A stretch of DNA of 63,347 bases, the filler included, from Reclinomonas americana ATCC 50394 (taxonomy: Eukaryota), in the NCBI GenBank assembly GCA_048213135.1. It is 8 parts of 5 records of this genome, joined end to end, with 100 filler letters (N's around TTAATTAATTAA, not from the genome) between each part and the next. Parts side by side here need not be neighbours in the genome. Positions count along the whole stretch, not along the records: positions 1 to 31,689 come from PS015428.1; positions 31,790 to 38,722 come from PS015430.1; 6 more parts are not named here. One strand, written 5' to 3'. The position numbers were made by a program, and so were the translations under genes. Below, in pieces: positions 24,489 to 36,700 of this stretch; the stretch's first letter is position 1; each line of letters opens with the position of its first letter. Below the pieces are notes generated by a model. The model worked only from the letters and a program-made list of their open reading frames with translations, ran no database searches and was not told the origin of the DNA.

Positions 24489-24556
24489 GAGAGAGCAGGA
24501 CGTGCGCAGGACTCGGTCAGTTTCGCGAGTCAATCAACGACCACCGAAGGGAGGAG

Positions 24557-25137
24557 ATGGCCAGCAAAGACATTGGTGTCGACGTTGAGAGTGTGGAGCA
24601 ACTGGAGCAGGAGATCGACAAGTTCCGCGAGGGAGTGCTTGGTGCGTGTGAGCGCACAGAGAGTCGCGTTGATTGCTTGTGCTCTCACACTCACACACAC
24701 TCACGCAGTGTGCGATGTGTTCTCCACATGGTGTGGGCCGACACGACCCATGGCCGCCACCATCAAGCGTCTCTTTGTGGAGAATGATTGCATGTCAAAA
24801 CCAGTCGTATTCTTGAGAGTGAGCGCTCTCTCCCCCTGCTCATTCTCTCGCGTCACACTCATTCACACATGTTCTCTATGCTCACCAGATCGACATTGAC
24901 AAGACGGCAGCCTCGGCGCGTGACTACGACGAGCCACCGGGCTTGCTGGGCACGCTGGAGAAGCACCTGGGGCACTCGAGTCCGCACTTTGTGATTGTCA
25001 AGGACATGGAGGTGCGCGCCGAGATCGACGGCTGCAACGTGCCGCGCATGGTCGCCGAGTTCGAGGCCGTGATCAAGGAGCTCGCTGAGGACATTGCGCG
25101 ACGGGCGGCGCAGAGTGGCACAGGTGAAAATATTTGA
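24557..25137 (+). CDS. Single-domain thioredoxin-like protein resembling outer-arm dynein thioredoxin light chains / NME8 Trx domain; WCGPT site
   Basis: 3 exons: ..VLVCDVFSTWCGPTRPMAATIKRL..FLRIDID..SSPHFVIVKDMEVRAEIDGCNVPRM. Confidence 0.75.
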
Positions 25138-25189
25138 GTGGTTGTTGTTGTTGTTGGTGAGGCAGAGCCACTCGAGCTCGCGCGCGTGT

Positions 25190-25815
25190 CTCGTGTGCGA
25201 GGTGTAAAACTGTGTGTGGAGTTGTTCTTTCTTTTAACTTGGTACTTGATGGAGTGGCAGCCTCTCGCAAGGTGTGGAGTTGCAGCTCACACACGAGGCG
25301 CGATGTGGAGTTGTTCCTCGTGCTCGAGAATGCTTCGATCTTGCAGGTGGCGCAGAGTCGTGTTTGTCTCCAGTGTGAGAGCGATAGCCTCCTCTCCAGA
25401 TAGCAGCCACGTCGTGTTTCGTTTTCCGTGGACTTGTTTCCTCTCACTCGAGAACGAGCAGTTTTCTCTCTTCAGGTGGCGCAGAGTTGTGTTTCTTGCT
25501 CGTGTAAGACAGTTGCCACGCGCGCCCATGTCATGTTTCGTTTTCTCTCCGTTCCACCGTTCCACGCGACGTGGACTTCTTTCCCTCTTCGTTGGTAGCA
25601 CAGAGCTTCCTCTCGAGATAGCAGCCACACGCTCATGTCGAGTTTCGTTTTCTCGCTGGTTCTCGACGAGGACTTCTTTCTTCTCTCGTTGGTGGCGCAG
25701 AGTTGTGTTTCTCTCCGTGCGGGAACGATAGCTTCCTCTCGAGATGTGTTTCGTTTTCCGTGGACTTGTTTCCTCGCGCTCGAGAACGAGTTGTTTTCTC
25801 TCTATGCAGGTGGGC
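25190..25815. repeat. Degenerate tandem repeat between convergent genes (GGTGGCGCAGAGTTGTGTTT...GTTTCGTTTTCCGTGGACTTGTTTCCTC..CTCGAGAACGAG)
   Basis: Blocks recur at ~25345, 25474 and 25691, and at ~25413 and 25746. Confidence 0.65.
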
Positions 25816-25878
25816 AGTTGACGACACAGTCGCTGCCCGTCTCTGTTCCTTCCAGGCTCCTATACACCTTTGCTGCGT

Positions 25879-26549
25879 TCACTCGCCACTCGGTTCCTTC
25901 GCCTCCTCTGCTTCTTGCGCTTCTCTGCTCGATCGCCTCCTCCGCCTTCCCTCCTTGGCCACCGGCTTCTCTTGCATCGGCGGCTGCTGCGGCTGCTGTG
26001 GCTGCTCCTCTTCCCGCCCCTCAGCACCCGCCTCATCAGCAGGCATCGGATGCCACACGCCACCATACGGATCGCGTCGCACGGGAATCGATCGCACACC
26101 GCCACACTCGGTGCATCGCTGCTCCACGCGCATTGTCTTGCGCTTCCTCGAGCCTGCCCGACAACACACAGGAAACATCAGACACACACACACACACACA
26201 CGCAGCAACTAATGACGAAGCAGCACCTTGCACGCGCACAGTCGACGTGACGCCCGGAATAAGCAGCACCTCACATCGCGCACATATCGATCGTTTCACA
26301 TGTGGATGTCTGCCAGCCCCTCCCCATCAACACACAAGACAGCGAGAGACAGACACATACACATACACACAGAGCACGCAACAATCTGCGCACAAGACGC
26401 GCACACACTCCGCGCATGGTGTGTGTCAGGAAGCGCGAGACACCCACAGTCTTTACACGACCTTGCGATTGCACTCCCATCAGAGTGGCAGCTTGCAGCA
26501 GGAAGTTGCAGCGTAACCATGCCTCGTCGGTGACAGCACGCCCGTTCAT
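25879..26549 (-). CDS. RPP21: RNase P subunit Rpp21/Rpr2
   Basis: WLRCNFLLQAA..SRFLTHTMRGVCARLVRRLHPHVKRSICARCEVLLIPGVTS..QRCTECGGVR, i.e. two CxxC pairs and family motifs; 2 introns. Confidence 0.88.
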
Positions 26550-26613
26550 TCAACACAACAGAGATAAGAGAGAGACAAAGAGTTGTCCTTTGAGTCCTCT
26601 CGTTGTTCTTCTC

Positions 26614-29248
26614 ATGGACGTATCGCGCATTGTGAGTGTGGACAGCAGTCGTGTGCTCTCATGCATGCTGTGCACTGTGTGTGGACGGGTACCGTATGCG
26701 TGCGCAGTGCACGGTTGTGCGTGTGAACACATTCTGTGCTCCGAGTGCTTTGCAGGTGCCACTCTCGCCACACAGACACACACTCGCGTGCCCTTGCTCA
26801 CTCACTCTTTCTCTGTCTCGTGTTGTTAGTGGTGAGCGCGGGCACTGGTGTGTGTGGACGATGTGAGCGGCCACTGGGCCCTGGTCAGCATAATCTCTTG
26901 CCTCTCTCTCTTGTCTCTCTCTCTTGCTCAACGCGCGTTCTCTCCACAGAGCCCTATGCTGCTGCTCGTTACTTCTCCAATGCACTCGGTCGTCTGCGAG
27001 GCTACTGTCGATTCACCACGCGAGGATGCACCGTCACTCCGTTCCTCGAGGACCTGGAGAACCACGAGCGCGTGTGTGAGCACCGTGAGCAAGAGGAGCC
27101 TCCTCCTGCTGCTCCTCCGAGGCAGCAGCAGCCTCGCTTCATTGCACAGCATACGGCCAAGCTGGAAAAGGAGCTCACGCGGGCCAGGAAGCACCTGCAG
27201 GTGTGCGAGCGGCGGTGTGAGCAACTGCAACAGCTCAGCAAGGTCCGCGTTTGTAGCTTGTCGTACGATGCCTGTGAAGCACTGGTTGGGGGTGTTGATG
27301 ATGCGTGGCGCAGAGTGTGCGCGAGGCCGCGGAGCGACAACTGGCGCTGGTGCACGCGCAGTGCGTGATTCTGCGCGAGGAGCTGGATCGCGAGGAAGCG
27401 GCAGGGTCGCCGATGGATGAGCTGGAGGTGGACGACGAGGACGAGGAAGACCAGCAGCAACGGCAGCAGCGCGAGGCGGCACGTGCGGCCGACTTTGGCG
27501 CCGTTGTGCCGTCTGCTGCGTCGGCGGCTTCTGTGGCTGCCACGACGAGACGACGTGAACAGTCGTTGTCGTTGGTGCTGCGTTGCTCGCATCGTTTGAG
27601 GCGGCTGGCGGTGGCCTTCAACTCGGAGAGTCAGTACCTCACGGCGTGTGAGCTGTTTACGCGGGCGCTGGAGATGACTGCGCTCCTGCCCCCTGGGATG
27701 ACTCCCGTGACAGCGCAACGAGCGCGTGCACGCGCTCTGGCCGGCCGTGGTGTGGCACACAGCAACATGCATGATGAGGCCGCGTCAAAGCGCGACTTTG
27801 AGCGAGTGGCAGAAGTCGATCCACTCGTACCCGGTGCGTGCTCCTTCCCGTTTTATCATTCTCTGTTGTTGTTGTTGTCGTCGTCGTCCTTACCCTCCTC
27901 CTCCTCCTCCTCGGTCAGGCTATCACCACCAGTATGCCATGTCGTACATTGCGAGAGGAATGGATTACATGGATGAGGCGGCTGAGGAAGTGCGGTGCGC
28001 GCTGGAGGCCAACCCCGACGACGCGGTAGCGCTGGCTCTGGACGGATTTCTCATGTCACGACGGTGTCGACAAGCCGCTGAAGCAGGTGTTGATGCGTCA
28101 TCCCGGCTGGAAGATGCACTGGCCACGTGCACGCGTGCCGTCAACTTGAACCCGATGCATCCCACCTGCTACTTGTCGCGCGGTCACGTGTACGAGAGTC
28201 TCCAGCAGTGGGACAAGGCGCTGGAGGATTTCCTCACGGCCTGTCGTCTGCGGCCACGGCATTCCACCTCGCGTGTGCGTATTCCTTTGCGTCATCCATC
28301 CACTGCGCGCCAGTGACACTCACGATGGTCGGCTCTACAGCGTAACCTGGCCTTGTGTCGCATTCACATGGTATGTCTCTCTCATCGCTTTGCTGACTCT
28401 CTGCTTTCTCATCGCGCGCGCAACCAGCCTGGTCCCGACGCACGCCGCGAGGCCATGGACGACCTTCGAGCCTCGATTCACCTCGCGCCACGGCACCAGG
28501 CCTTTTCGCGACACGTACTCTCTGGCATGCTGATTACTGACAACAAGTCGGCTGAAGCGTTTCCTCTGCTGGTGTGGATGCATGCAAGCCGTCACTCCAC
28601 GGTGCACCCCCGCTCACAACCTGGGTGTGCATTTTTTCGCAGTTTGCAGCCACGCTGGTGGACTCGTCGGACTGGCGTGTCGTGCTGCGCATGTCGCAAG
28701 CTTCGGCCAACATGCGTCGTATCAGTCGTGCCATCACGTACATGTCCATGGCGATGACTATGAAACCCGACGACGCACTGCTCCACGAATCACGCGCGCA
28801 GCTGCTGATGCACGTGGCGCCGCAAGCGGCAATTGACGACTTTACGCTGGCTTTATTGGTGTGTTGGCAATCGTGGTGATGGTGGGGGCTTGTGTTTGTG
28901 TTTGGTTTCACTCATGGAGGTGGAGCAGCTCCCGCGCGGCGCAGAGGATCGCAAAGCTGAACTACTCGTGTCTCGCGGATCCCTGTACTTCACCATGCGT
29001 GAGTATGCTTCGGCCCTCGCCGATTTCGAAGAGGCACTGCTGAGCGACGAACCGCCGCCACAGGTGATGCCGCCACCTCCCACGAGGGTTTCTAGTTGGC
29101 TCGGTCTCTCACGCCGCATTTCACGACGCAGGTGTACCTACTCAAGCTGCAAACGTTGATTGCACTTGATCAGGTGGCAGAAGCCGACGCTTGGCTGGTG
29201 CAGCACGCGGGGCGCATGCTGCAGATGCGCAATGCACCGGCGCCGTGA
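26614..29248 (+). CDS. RING finger + TRAF/SIAH-type zinc finger + coiled coil + multiple TPR repeats (putative E3 ligase)
   Basis: CTVC..CACEHILCSEC..CGRC; CRFTTRGC..LENHERVCEH; TPRs such as CYLSRGHVYESLQQWDKALEDFLTACRLRP and LLVSRGSLYFTMREYASALADFEEAL. Confidence 0.8.
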
Positions 29249-29326
29249 TTGCCGCAGATACAAGTCGCATGCCAGTTGAAAATTTACTGCGCGTGTGCCC
29301 GCGCTCGGGTTGCTGCTGCTGCTGCG

Positions 29327-31611
29327 CTACAACCGTGCAGCCTCCGCGCAACTGTCGGCCACGTGCAACTCGGTCGGACCCTTGTCCAGCAACGCCGTCA
29401 CCAGCGACACGGCGTGCCGCGGTTGCAGAAAATCGGGCCGTGGTGTCTCCACCGTCAGCACCTTATCCTGTGGACGAGAGCATTGTGAATGGATGCCGCC
29501 GCTGACATGATTCGAATGAATAAAACGTAGACCCACCTTCCATGCTTGTCTGATTGCTTTCGCGCCGTACGCTGCTCCGAGAATTCCACCCACTAGGATT
29601 CAAGGGTGGTGAGAATTGACTGTGAAAAGAGGCGGTTCATGCGAATGACAGACGCACCAATGGCGGCGTTGGTATCTGTGTCACCACCACCACGCAGTGT
29701 CTCCTGCATGGCATCCTCGAACGTGGTGCCGGCGATCAAGTGGCGGAAGGCTGTTGCAGGAAAGAGTTAGAGAGGGAGTGGATCAAACAGAGGAGCGATG
29801 AGATCGCACGCGCACCATGCACAAACGCAATCTTTGCATGCCCAATGTTGGGCTTGTAGGGAACCTGAGATGATCGACAGACGTTATGAGTGGTGCGACA
29901 GGACAAGAGGAGTTGACGTGGAAAGACCAACGCACCTTTTCGCCACGCTCCGCCAGCTCGAGCCACTCGCGTGTTTGCTCGTGACCGTGCGCCGACAGCC
30001 AATCACGCGCTGCCGCCAATGCTGCCTCCGAATCTGCCCAGTGCAAGTGAGATTGCTGCTCGTACACGCTTCGCTGCGCACGCCGTCACACGTACCGCCG
30101 CGGGAAATTAGTTGAGAGCAGGCGATCACATAGGCAGCGACGGCGGAGCAAATAACGGGACTCGGATGCGACATGCGCGAATCCATCACCGCCAGGGTGC
30201 CGGCGTCTGTGGCATGACGGCAGTAAGCACTCATTACCACACGCACGCGTGCACAGTCAGCACGAGCAGGAACCCACCTTCTGGTGACATGCGATACGCG
30301 AATACGGCCATGGGCTGCAGATCGCGTGTGAGACAACGTGGTGACGATGACAGACGGGGAGGCGGACGCAACGGTGGCGCGCATGAGACTGCCGTTGGCT
30401 TGTCCGTCAATGGACGACATGGCATTCGACAGGAAGCGACGGTGCAGTCCGGAGATTGCATCGGGTGCCACGCGTGAGCCACTGCGATGAGCAGTGTGGT
30501 GAGCATAAACCCGTTGATGCAAGCAGACGGGATGTGGTAGTCGAACTCACTGCATGGCTTGTCTGCGGGGGGAGCACAAACACAACAGCTTGGACATCAG
30601 CAACAAGAAGAGGGAGAAGAAGAAGAAGCAGGAGGAGATGCAACAATCACTCACCGAGTTGTGCCGCCAATGTCAAACGGAGGGCTATTAAACTGTGCGC
30701 CTGCATGTCAGCTGAGGTTGGATGCACGCAGATTTCGTGAAAATACTCACCCACTCGCGGTACCAGTAGGCAATGTAGTCCAAGTCCACAATGCCGGCAT
30801 TCTTCTCGCACATGTCGACCAGCCCGTGCGCCAGCGACAATGCCAGTTCGCCATCGTCGGTGCACTGGCCTGCGCACTCGTTAAGAAGCGTGTCAATTGC
30901 ACGACACATGGCGTGGAGTGCACTCACCAGCCATGACCTCAAAGACACCACCGCCCGGCATGGTCATGGCGTGCGCCACCGTCGCGTCGGTGACGGTGCT
31001 GAACTCTGCACGAGCAAGTCATGCCGCGAACAACAACACTGTCGTAGCGTGGAACAGAAACAAACCAAGCACAGCACCCAGTGCATCGCCGACCAGCGCA
31101 CCCAGTACACATCCCAGTGCGCGATCCGTCACCAGATCGTTGTCCGCGGTCTCGCTCACCATGCGACCCAGTGCCGAACCACTGAACACCACTTCGTGAG
31201 AAATGCGAGTGTCGAGGGACCTCTGCAAGAGCGCTTATCACCTGCTACCATGCTCACGAATCCATGCTGTGCGTCGGTCGACCTCGAGCTGCGCCAGCCG
31301 CGCCGACAAGCCCTCCCGAATCGACTCCATGGTCGCACACTCGTACGGCGTCCGACCGCGTGCGTCGGTCAGTGTCGGATCGGCACCCAGCTCCAACAGC
31401 ACACTGCACACGATCACAGCAGCGTGTGAGCAGGGAGGAGGAGGAAAGGAGGGGGAAGTGGAGAAAGCGACCTTACAAAATGCAAGTGGCCGCGAGTGAC
31501 GGCCACATGCATCGGTGTGTACAAGATCTCATCGTGCGTCTGCAGGTCCAAGTTGGCACCGAACTCGCGTCGCAGGTGCAACAGAGCGTTCACGTTGCCA
31601 TGATACGCAGC
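29327..31611 (-). CDS. Ankyrin-repeat + ADP-ribosylglycohydrolase (DraG/ARH family) protein, 5' truncated by a linker gap
   Basis: TPMHVAVTRGH and LLELGADPTLTDARGRTP (ankyrin). ARH motifs: DRALGCVLGALVGDALG, GQCTDDGELAL, FDIGGTT, ANGSLMRATPMAV, MSHP, GGDTDTNAAIVGGILGA. Confidence 0.88.
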
Positions 31612-31689
31612 CTGGAGACACACAAAGCATTCATCATAAGCAGGAAGAAAACTGAACACGAGAGAGATGGAAATACCTCGTCCTCTCTC

Positions 31690-31789
31690 NNNNNNNNNNN
31701 NNNNNNNNNNNNNNNNNNNNNNNNNNNNNNNNNTTAATTAATTAANNNNNNNNNNNNNNNNNNNNNNNNNNNNNNNNNNNNNNNNNNNN
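31690..31789. other. Artificial scaffold linker 44N-TTAATTAATTAA-44N (also at ~38723, 41288, 54048, 58233, 60431, 62009)
   Basis: Identical 100-nt cassette with stop codons in all six frames, 7 occurrences. Confidence 0.95.
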
Positions 31790-31831
31790 GAGAGAGAGAG
31801 AGAGAGAGAGAGAGAGGGACACGCGCGTCAC

Positions 31832-32545
31832 CTGTGTCACGAAAAGGGAGCTGGGCTGGCCATCGGCCTCGTCCACGGCAAGCTGCAACGCCCTGCACAG
31901 TCATGATACAACACACACATGAGCTCATGCACGTCGCAGACAGAGTGATGAGTGGTATCAAACCCGTAGAATGTCGCCGTGTCAGGATCGCCATCAATGG
32001 GGGCATTCGACATGCTCATGTTGCTGCCGACACCGCCGGTGATGCGGGTGACCTGTCCGTCGGCCACACCCACTTTGCGGATGCGGAAGAAACTGTCGGG
32101 AAAGGGAGGGTGAGGTGGGAGGAGAGACGCAAGGATGGTGGCAGTGGTGGCGACAGTGGCTACGCACGCATTCTCGAGGACGTAGAGGTTGCCGGCCTTG
32201 TCAGACGTGACGGCCTGTGTGTGTGTGCGTGGAGGGGAAAGAAAATTCCGAATTGTAAGTTGGTTTTGTGTGAGGAAAGGCAACTGAGTGCTGCTTGCTG
32301 CGCCACGCAACAGTGGGGAACGCGAACTGTGCAGAAAGAAGCGGACCGTCGCTGCTGCCGTATCCGTTGCTGCCGGCGTAGTAACTCACAGAGGCCTCAA
32401 AGGCCGAGGAGTCGGTGGCAAACTGGATCCAATTCGGCAACTCACTGGCACCACCGCTGTTGTCCACGCTGGCATTCAGCACAGCGGAGACGGGAGTGAT
32501 GGACGAGGCACTGCTGGTGGTCACAGTCACTGCGCCGACAGCTCC
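31832..32545 (-). CDS. Fragment of an FN3-like/NHL module homologous to the modules of the 33717-45296 gene, in the opposite orientation
   Basis: TTSSASSITPVSAVLNASVDN..NWIQF..YAGSNGYGSSDGPLLSAQFAFPT|AVTSDKAGNLYVLEN|FRIRKV..DGDPDTATFY; same intron positions as the + strand modules. Confidence 0.75.
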
Positions 32546-33640
32546 GCAGAGAAGAATTCCTGTATTTGTTTTTCTCATTGAGCGATACATGAACGCAGCC
32601 AGCAACAGCGTGACGAACGAGCAGAGAGGAAACACACCACCACAGAAGCAGAGGGAGGCGAGGGAGGGAGGGACAGCGGCGAGAACGAAATTGAAGCGAT
32701 AGAGCGCGCGAAAACATACGAATCATGCATGTGCAGCAAGAAAAAACACACGAATCTTGCACATTTGTGCAACGGTTGAAAAAAAGATCAAAAGGGACAT
32801 GATTGATTCTCCACTCTGTCACGCTCACGGTCACCCCCACTCTCCCAACACAGCATGATGGTGCCTGCGAAATTCNNNNNNNNNNNNNNNNNNNNNNNNN
32901 NNNNNNNNNNNNNNNNNNNNNNNNNNNNNNNNNNNNNNNNNNNNNNNNNNNNNNNNNNNNNNNNNNNNNNNNNNNNNNNNNNNNNNNNNNNNNNNNNNNN
33001 NNNNNNNNNNNNNNNNNNNNNNNNNNNNNNNNNNNNNNNNNNNNNNNNNNNNNNNNNNNNNNNNNNNNNNNNNNNNNNNNNNNNNNNNNNNNNNNNNNNN
33101 NNNNNNNNNNNNNNNNNNNNNNNNNNNNNNNNNNNNNNNNNNNNNNNNNNNNNNNNNNNNNNNNNNNNNNNNNNNNNNNNNNNNNNNNNNNNNNNNNNNN
33201 NNNNNNNNNNNNNNNNNNNNNNNNNNNNNNNNNNNNNNNNNNNNNNNNNNNNNNNNNNNNNNNNNNNNNNNNNNNNNNNNNNNNNNNNNNNNNNNNNNNN
33301 NNNNNNNNNNNNNNNNNNNNNNNNNNNNNNNNNNNNNNNNNNNNNNNNNNNNNNNNNNNNNNNNNNNNNNNNNNNNNNNNNNNNNNNNNNNNNNNNNNNN
33401 NNNNNNNNNNNNNNNNNNNNNNNNNNNNNNNNNNNNNNNNNNNNNNNNNNNNNNNNNNNNNNNNNNNNNNNNNNNNNNNNNNNNNNNNNNNNNNNNNNNN
33501 NNNNNNNNNNNNNNNNNNNNNNNNNNNNNNNNNNNNNNNNNNNNNNNNNNNNNNNNNNNNNNNNNNNNNNNNNNNNNNNNNNNNNNNNNNNNNNNNNNNN
33601 NNNNNNNNNNNNNNNNNNNNNNACACGTGACGCGCGCGTC

Positions 33641-33677
<37 letters not shown>

Positions 33678-33716
33678 GTTGACATGTTGTTCACTCTCTC
33701 CTTGATGACACGACAG

Positions 33717-36700
33717 CCGCATTGCATTCGCCGCGTTAACCTCAGCGACAGCATGACGACCACGTTGGCTGGCACATACCAAGACAGCACCACCGACTCT
33801 CCGAGCACTCGCTTCTCGTCGCCTTACGGCATTGCTGTGGACTCTGCCACCGGCACTCTCTACGTTGCCGAGAACGGCGCTCACATCATTCGGTGTGTGT
33901 GAGCACGCCCGCATGAATCACATCTCCCCACGACTGACACGCCACTGCTGCTTCTCCCTTGCCTCTCTCCCCCCTCTGCAGTGAACTCAAGCGCGACGGC
34001 TCTGGCGTGGCGGTCACGTGCGGTTCTCGTGGCAACGAAGGCGTTGTTGATGGTGCTTGCGCCTCCGCTGCGCGTTTCTCCCGGCCCACTGCTGTCGCCC
34101 TCGACTCTACCAACCATATTCTCTACGTTGTGTCCTCGAACACCAACTGCGTTGTCAAGATCGATCTCGTCGCCAAGACGTTGTCGCATCTGACTGGACA
34201 GTGCAACAATTACTATCTGGACTCGGTGGAGGAGAAGACCAACGATATCATGGGCTCCTTCCGTTCCATCCAGGGCATTGCCTTGCACCCGAAACTCGAC
34301 TTCCTGTACGCCACCGATGTTGCGCACCGTGTCGCTGGCTGGCTCTCTCCCTCCGATTATGGCAAGCTCTGCTCACGCGTACGCCGCGGTTGTGTTTGCA
34401 TGCAGATTGGCTACCCCACCCTGTGGTCGATCAATGTGGCCTCCGGTGCCACGGGCAGTCACGGCGGCAATGGAGGTGGTGGCGTTATTCGGAATGGTGC
34501 ACTGTCGAGTGTTTACTATGGCTACCTGGTGCGTTCTGCAAGCAGTGAGAGCGTCGCCGCTCTCCTCGTTATCTCTCACGCGTGTGATGTCACTGGTGCA
34601 GTCCGGAATCACCTTCACCGATCAGTACACGGCCTTCTTTACCGGTATGCTTTTTGTGCCTCTCGCCATCTTTGCATGTGCAAGTGTCGTAGGACTTACC
34701 CGGGTCTATTTTTCACGCGCACGCACAGACATGACGTTTAGCGGATACAGCTTCCAGGGAGTCCGCAAGCTCGACTTCATTCCGCTCCGCAAGTCGCCGA
34801 CTCCAGCCACCTCTGCTGCCGACGCGACGACTCCGATTACGCTGGCAGTCACCGGCCTGCAACCGGCCACCACGTACTGGTACCGCGCCGCCTCCTCCAC
34901 CGACGGTAACGTGTTGGTGGCCGCCGGTGATCCAGTCGACTTCACCACTCAGGACTACGGCTCTGCTTCCACCAGCGCGGCCACCTCCGTGACCTCTACC
35001 ACTGCTTCCTTGCACGGCTCTGTCTCCAACAACGTCTCCGCCGCCATGTCCAACTGGTTCCAGCTTGGCCTCAGCGAGACGGACCTGCAGCCGCAGGTGG
35101 ACACCTACGCCGGTGGCTCGCAAGGCTTCGACGACGGCGACCGCTACTCTGCCCAGTTCACCGTGCCGCAGGTGGAGATTTCATCGTTTTTTTCTGTCAA
35201 CTTCCCGCTTTGTGCCTCTCGTCTCACATTTTTATTCGCACGCAGGCCATGGCTGCTGACAAGAGCGGCAATCTGTACGTCCTTGAGCAAGGGTTTGTCT
35301 GCATGTGCCCGCCCACAGTGCTTCCACTTGAACAAGTATTATCAGTCTCACTTTCTACACACTCGCAGCGCGAATCGCGTCCGCAAGGTCAACACCTCGG
35401 ATGGCACCGTGAGTCACTTTGCCGGCTCCAAGTCGGGACAAGGAGGCTTCACCAACGGCGATGCCGAGACGGCTCGTTTCTACAAGTTGCGTGTGACGCG
35501 TCGTCACAAAACCTTCACTGCAGCTGGCTCACTTGCTCGTTCTCACTCCTCGTCGCGCATAGTTTGGTCGGCATTGCTGTTGACGAACCGCAAGACGCTC
35601 CTGGAGCCGTCTACGTGTCGCATGTTGCGTCGGCCTTTTTTGTCCTGCTGTTGCCAACACGAGCTGAACTGAGGGCCGTTGTCATCTGCAGCCGCACGCG
35701 ATCCGTCGCATCGATCTTGCCACCCAGGCCACCACCACGCTGGCGGGTGGTGCGGAGCCCTACAACGGCAACTTTGGTTTCTTCGGAGTGCAGTCGACCA
35801 CTCGCGCCGACATGATGGGTGGCCAGTCTACGACCATCGGGTTCAACACGCCGGGACAACTGGCCATGGACACGGCAGCCGGCACCATCTACGTGGCTGA
35901 GGTCGGCTCCTCGGTTGTCAGGTTTGCACACCGGCGTGTTGCATACAGTGCGTGTACACACAACAGCGTCCTCACTTCGCCTCTGTTCGCCGCAGTGCGC
36001 TGTCGCGTGACGGCACAAAGCAGTCTGTCGTGTGCGGCCAGCGTGGCTCGTCTGGCTACCAGGTGGGCGACTGCACCACTGGTACCATGCTTGGCGGCCT
36101 GCAGGGCATTGCTCTCGATGCAGCCAACCAAGTAATCTACGTCTCTGTCACTGCAAGCTGTGTGCTCCGTATCGACATCGCCACCAGTCGGTCGTACTCG
36201 TTTGCCGGCAACTGCCAGACGTCGCAGCCAGTGGACCCCGAACCCTACTATCCCTTCGTCTTCGACTACGGCTTGAACAGCTCTCCTTTGACGTATGTGC
36301 CGGCGCTCATGATTGCACCCTCTGGCGATTCGCTGCTGGCACTGGATGTTGCGTGGGTCGTCTGCCTGGTTGCAATTGTTCAGCGATAGCAGTGGCTCAT
36401 CATTTTTTGGCACACTCGCTGGCAGATTGGCTACCACGGTATCCATTCCATCAACCTGCGCACCGCGGCCGTTACTACTCTCATCTCGTCGCACGGTGGC
36501 TGCGGCACGCTGAATGGAGCCGCGAGTGCCGCGACCACGTGCACACCGGTTTGTTTGTCCTTTCTTTTCTCCCGCTTCCACTCTCCTCGTTCCATCGTTT
36601 TCATTTCATCTGTGTACAGAGTGGAGGTGTCTTTGTCGACGCCAAGACGGCGTACTTCTCCGATCTCGCTCAGGAGAATGGCGCCATGACCATCCGCAAG

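Noticed and set aside
31734..31745. Recurrent palindromic TTAATTAATTAA (7 copies) as a biological element
   Set aside because: Always flanked by 44 N on each side; an assembly linker with six-frame stop codons.
32442..33914. Long ORFs spanning N runs (also near 8483-9469, 14877-15998, 55482-56666)
   Set aside because: Artefacts of translating through gaps.
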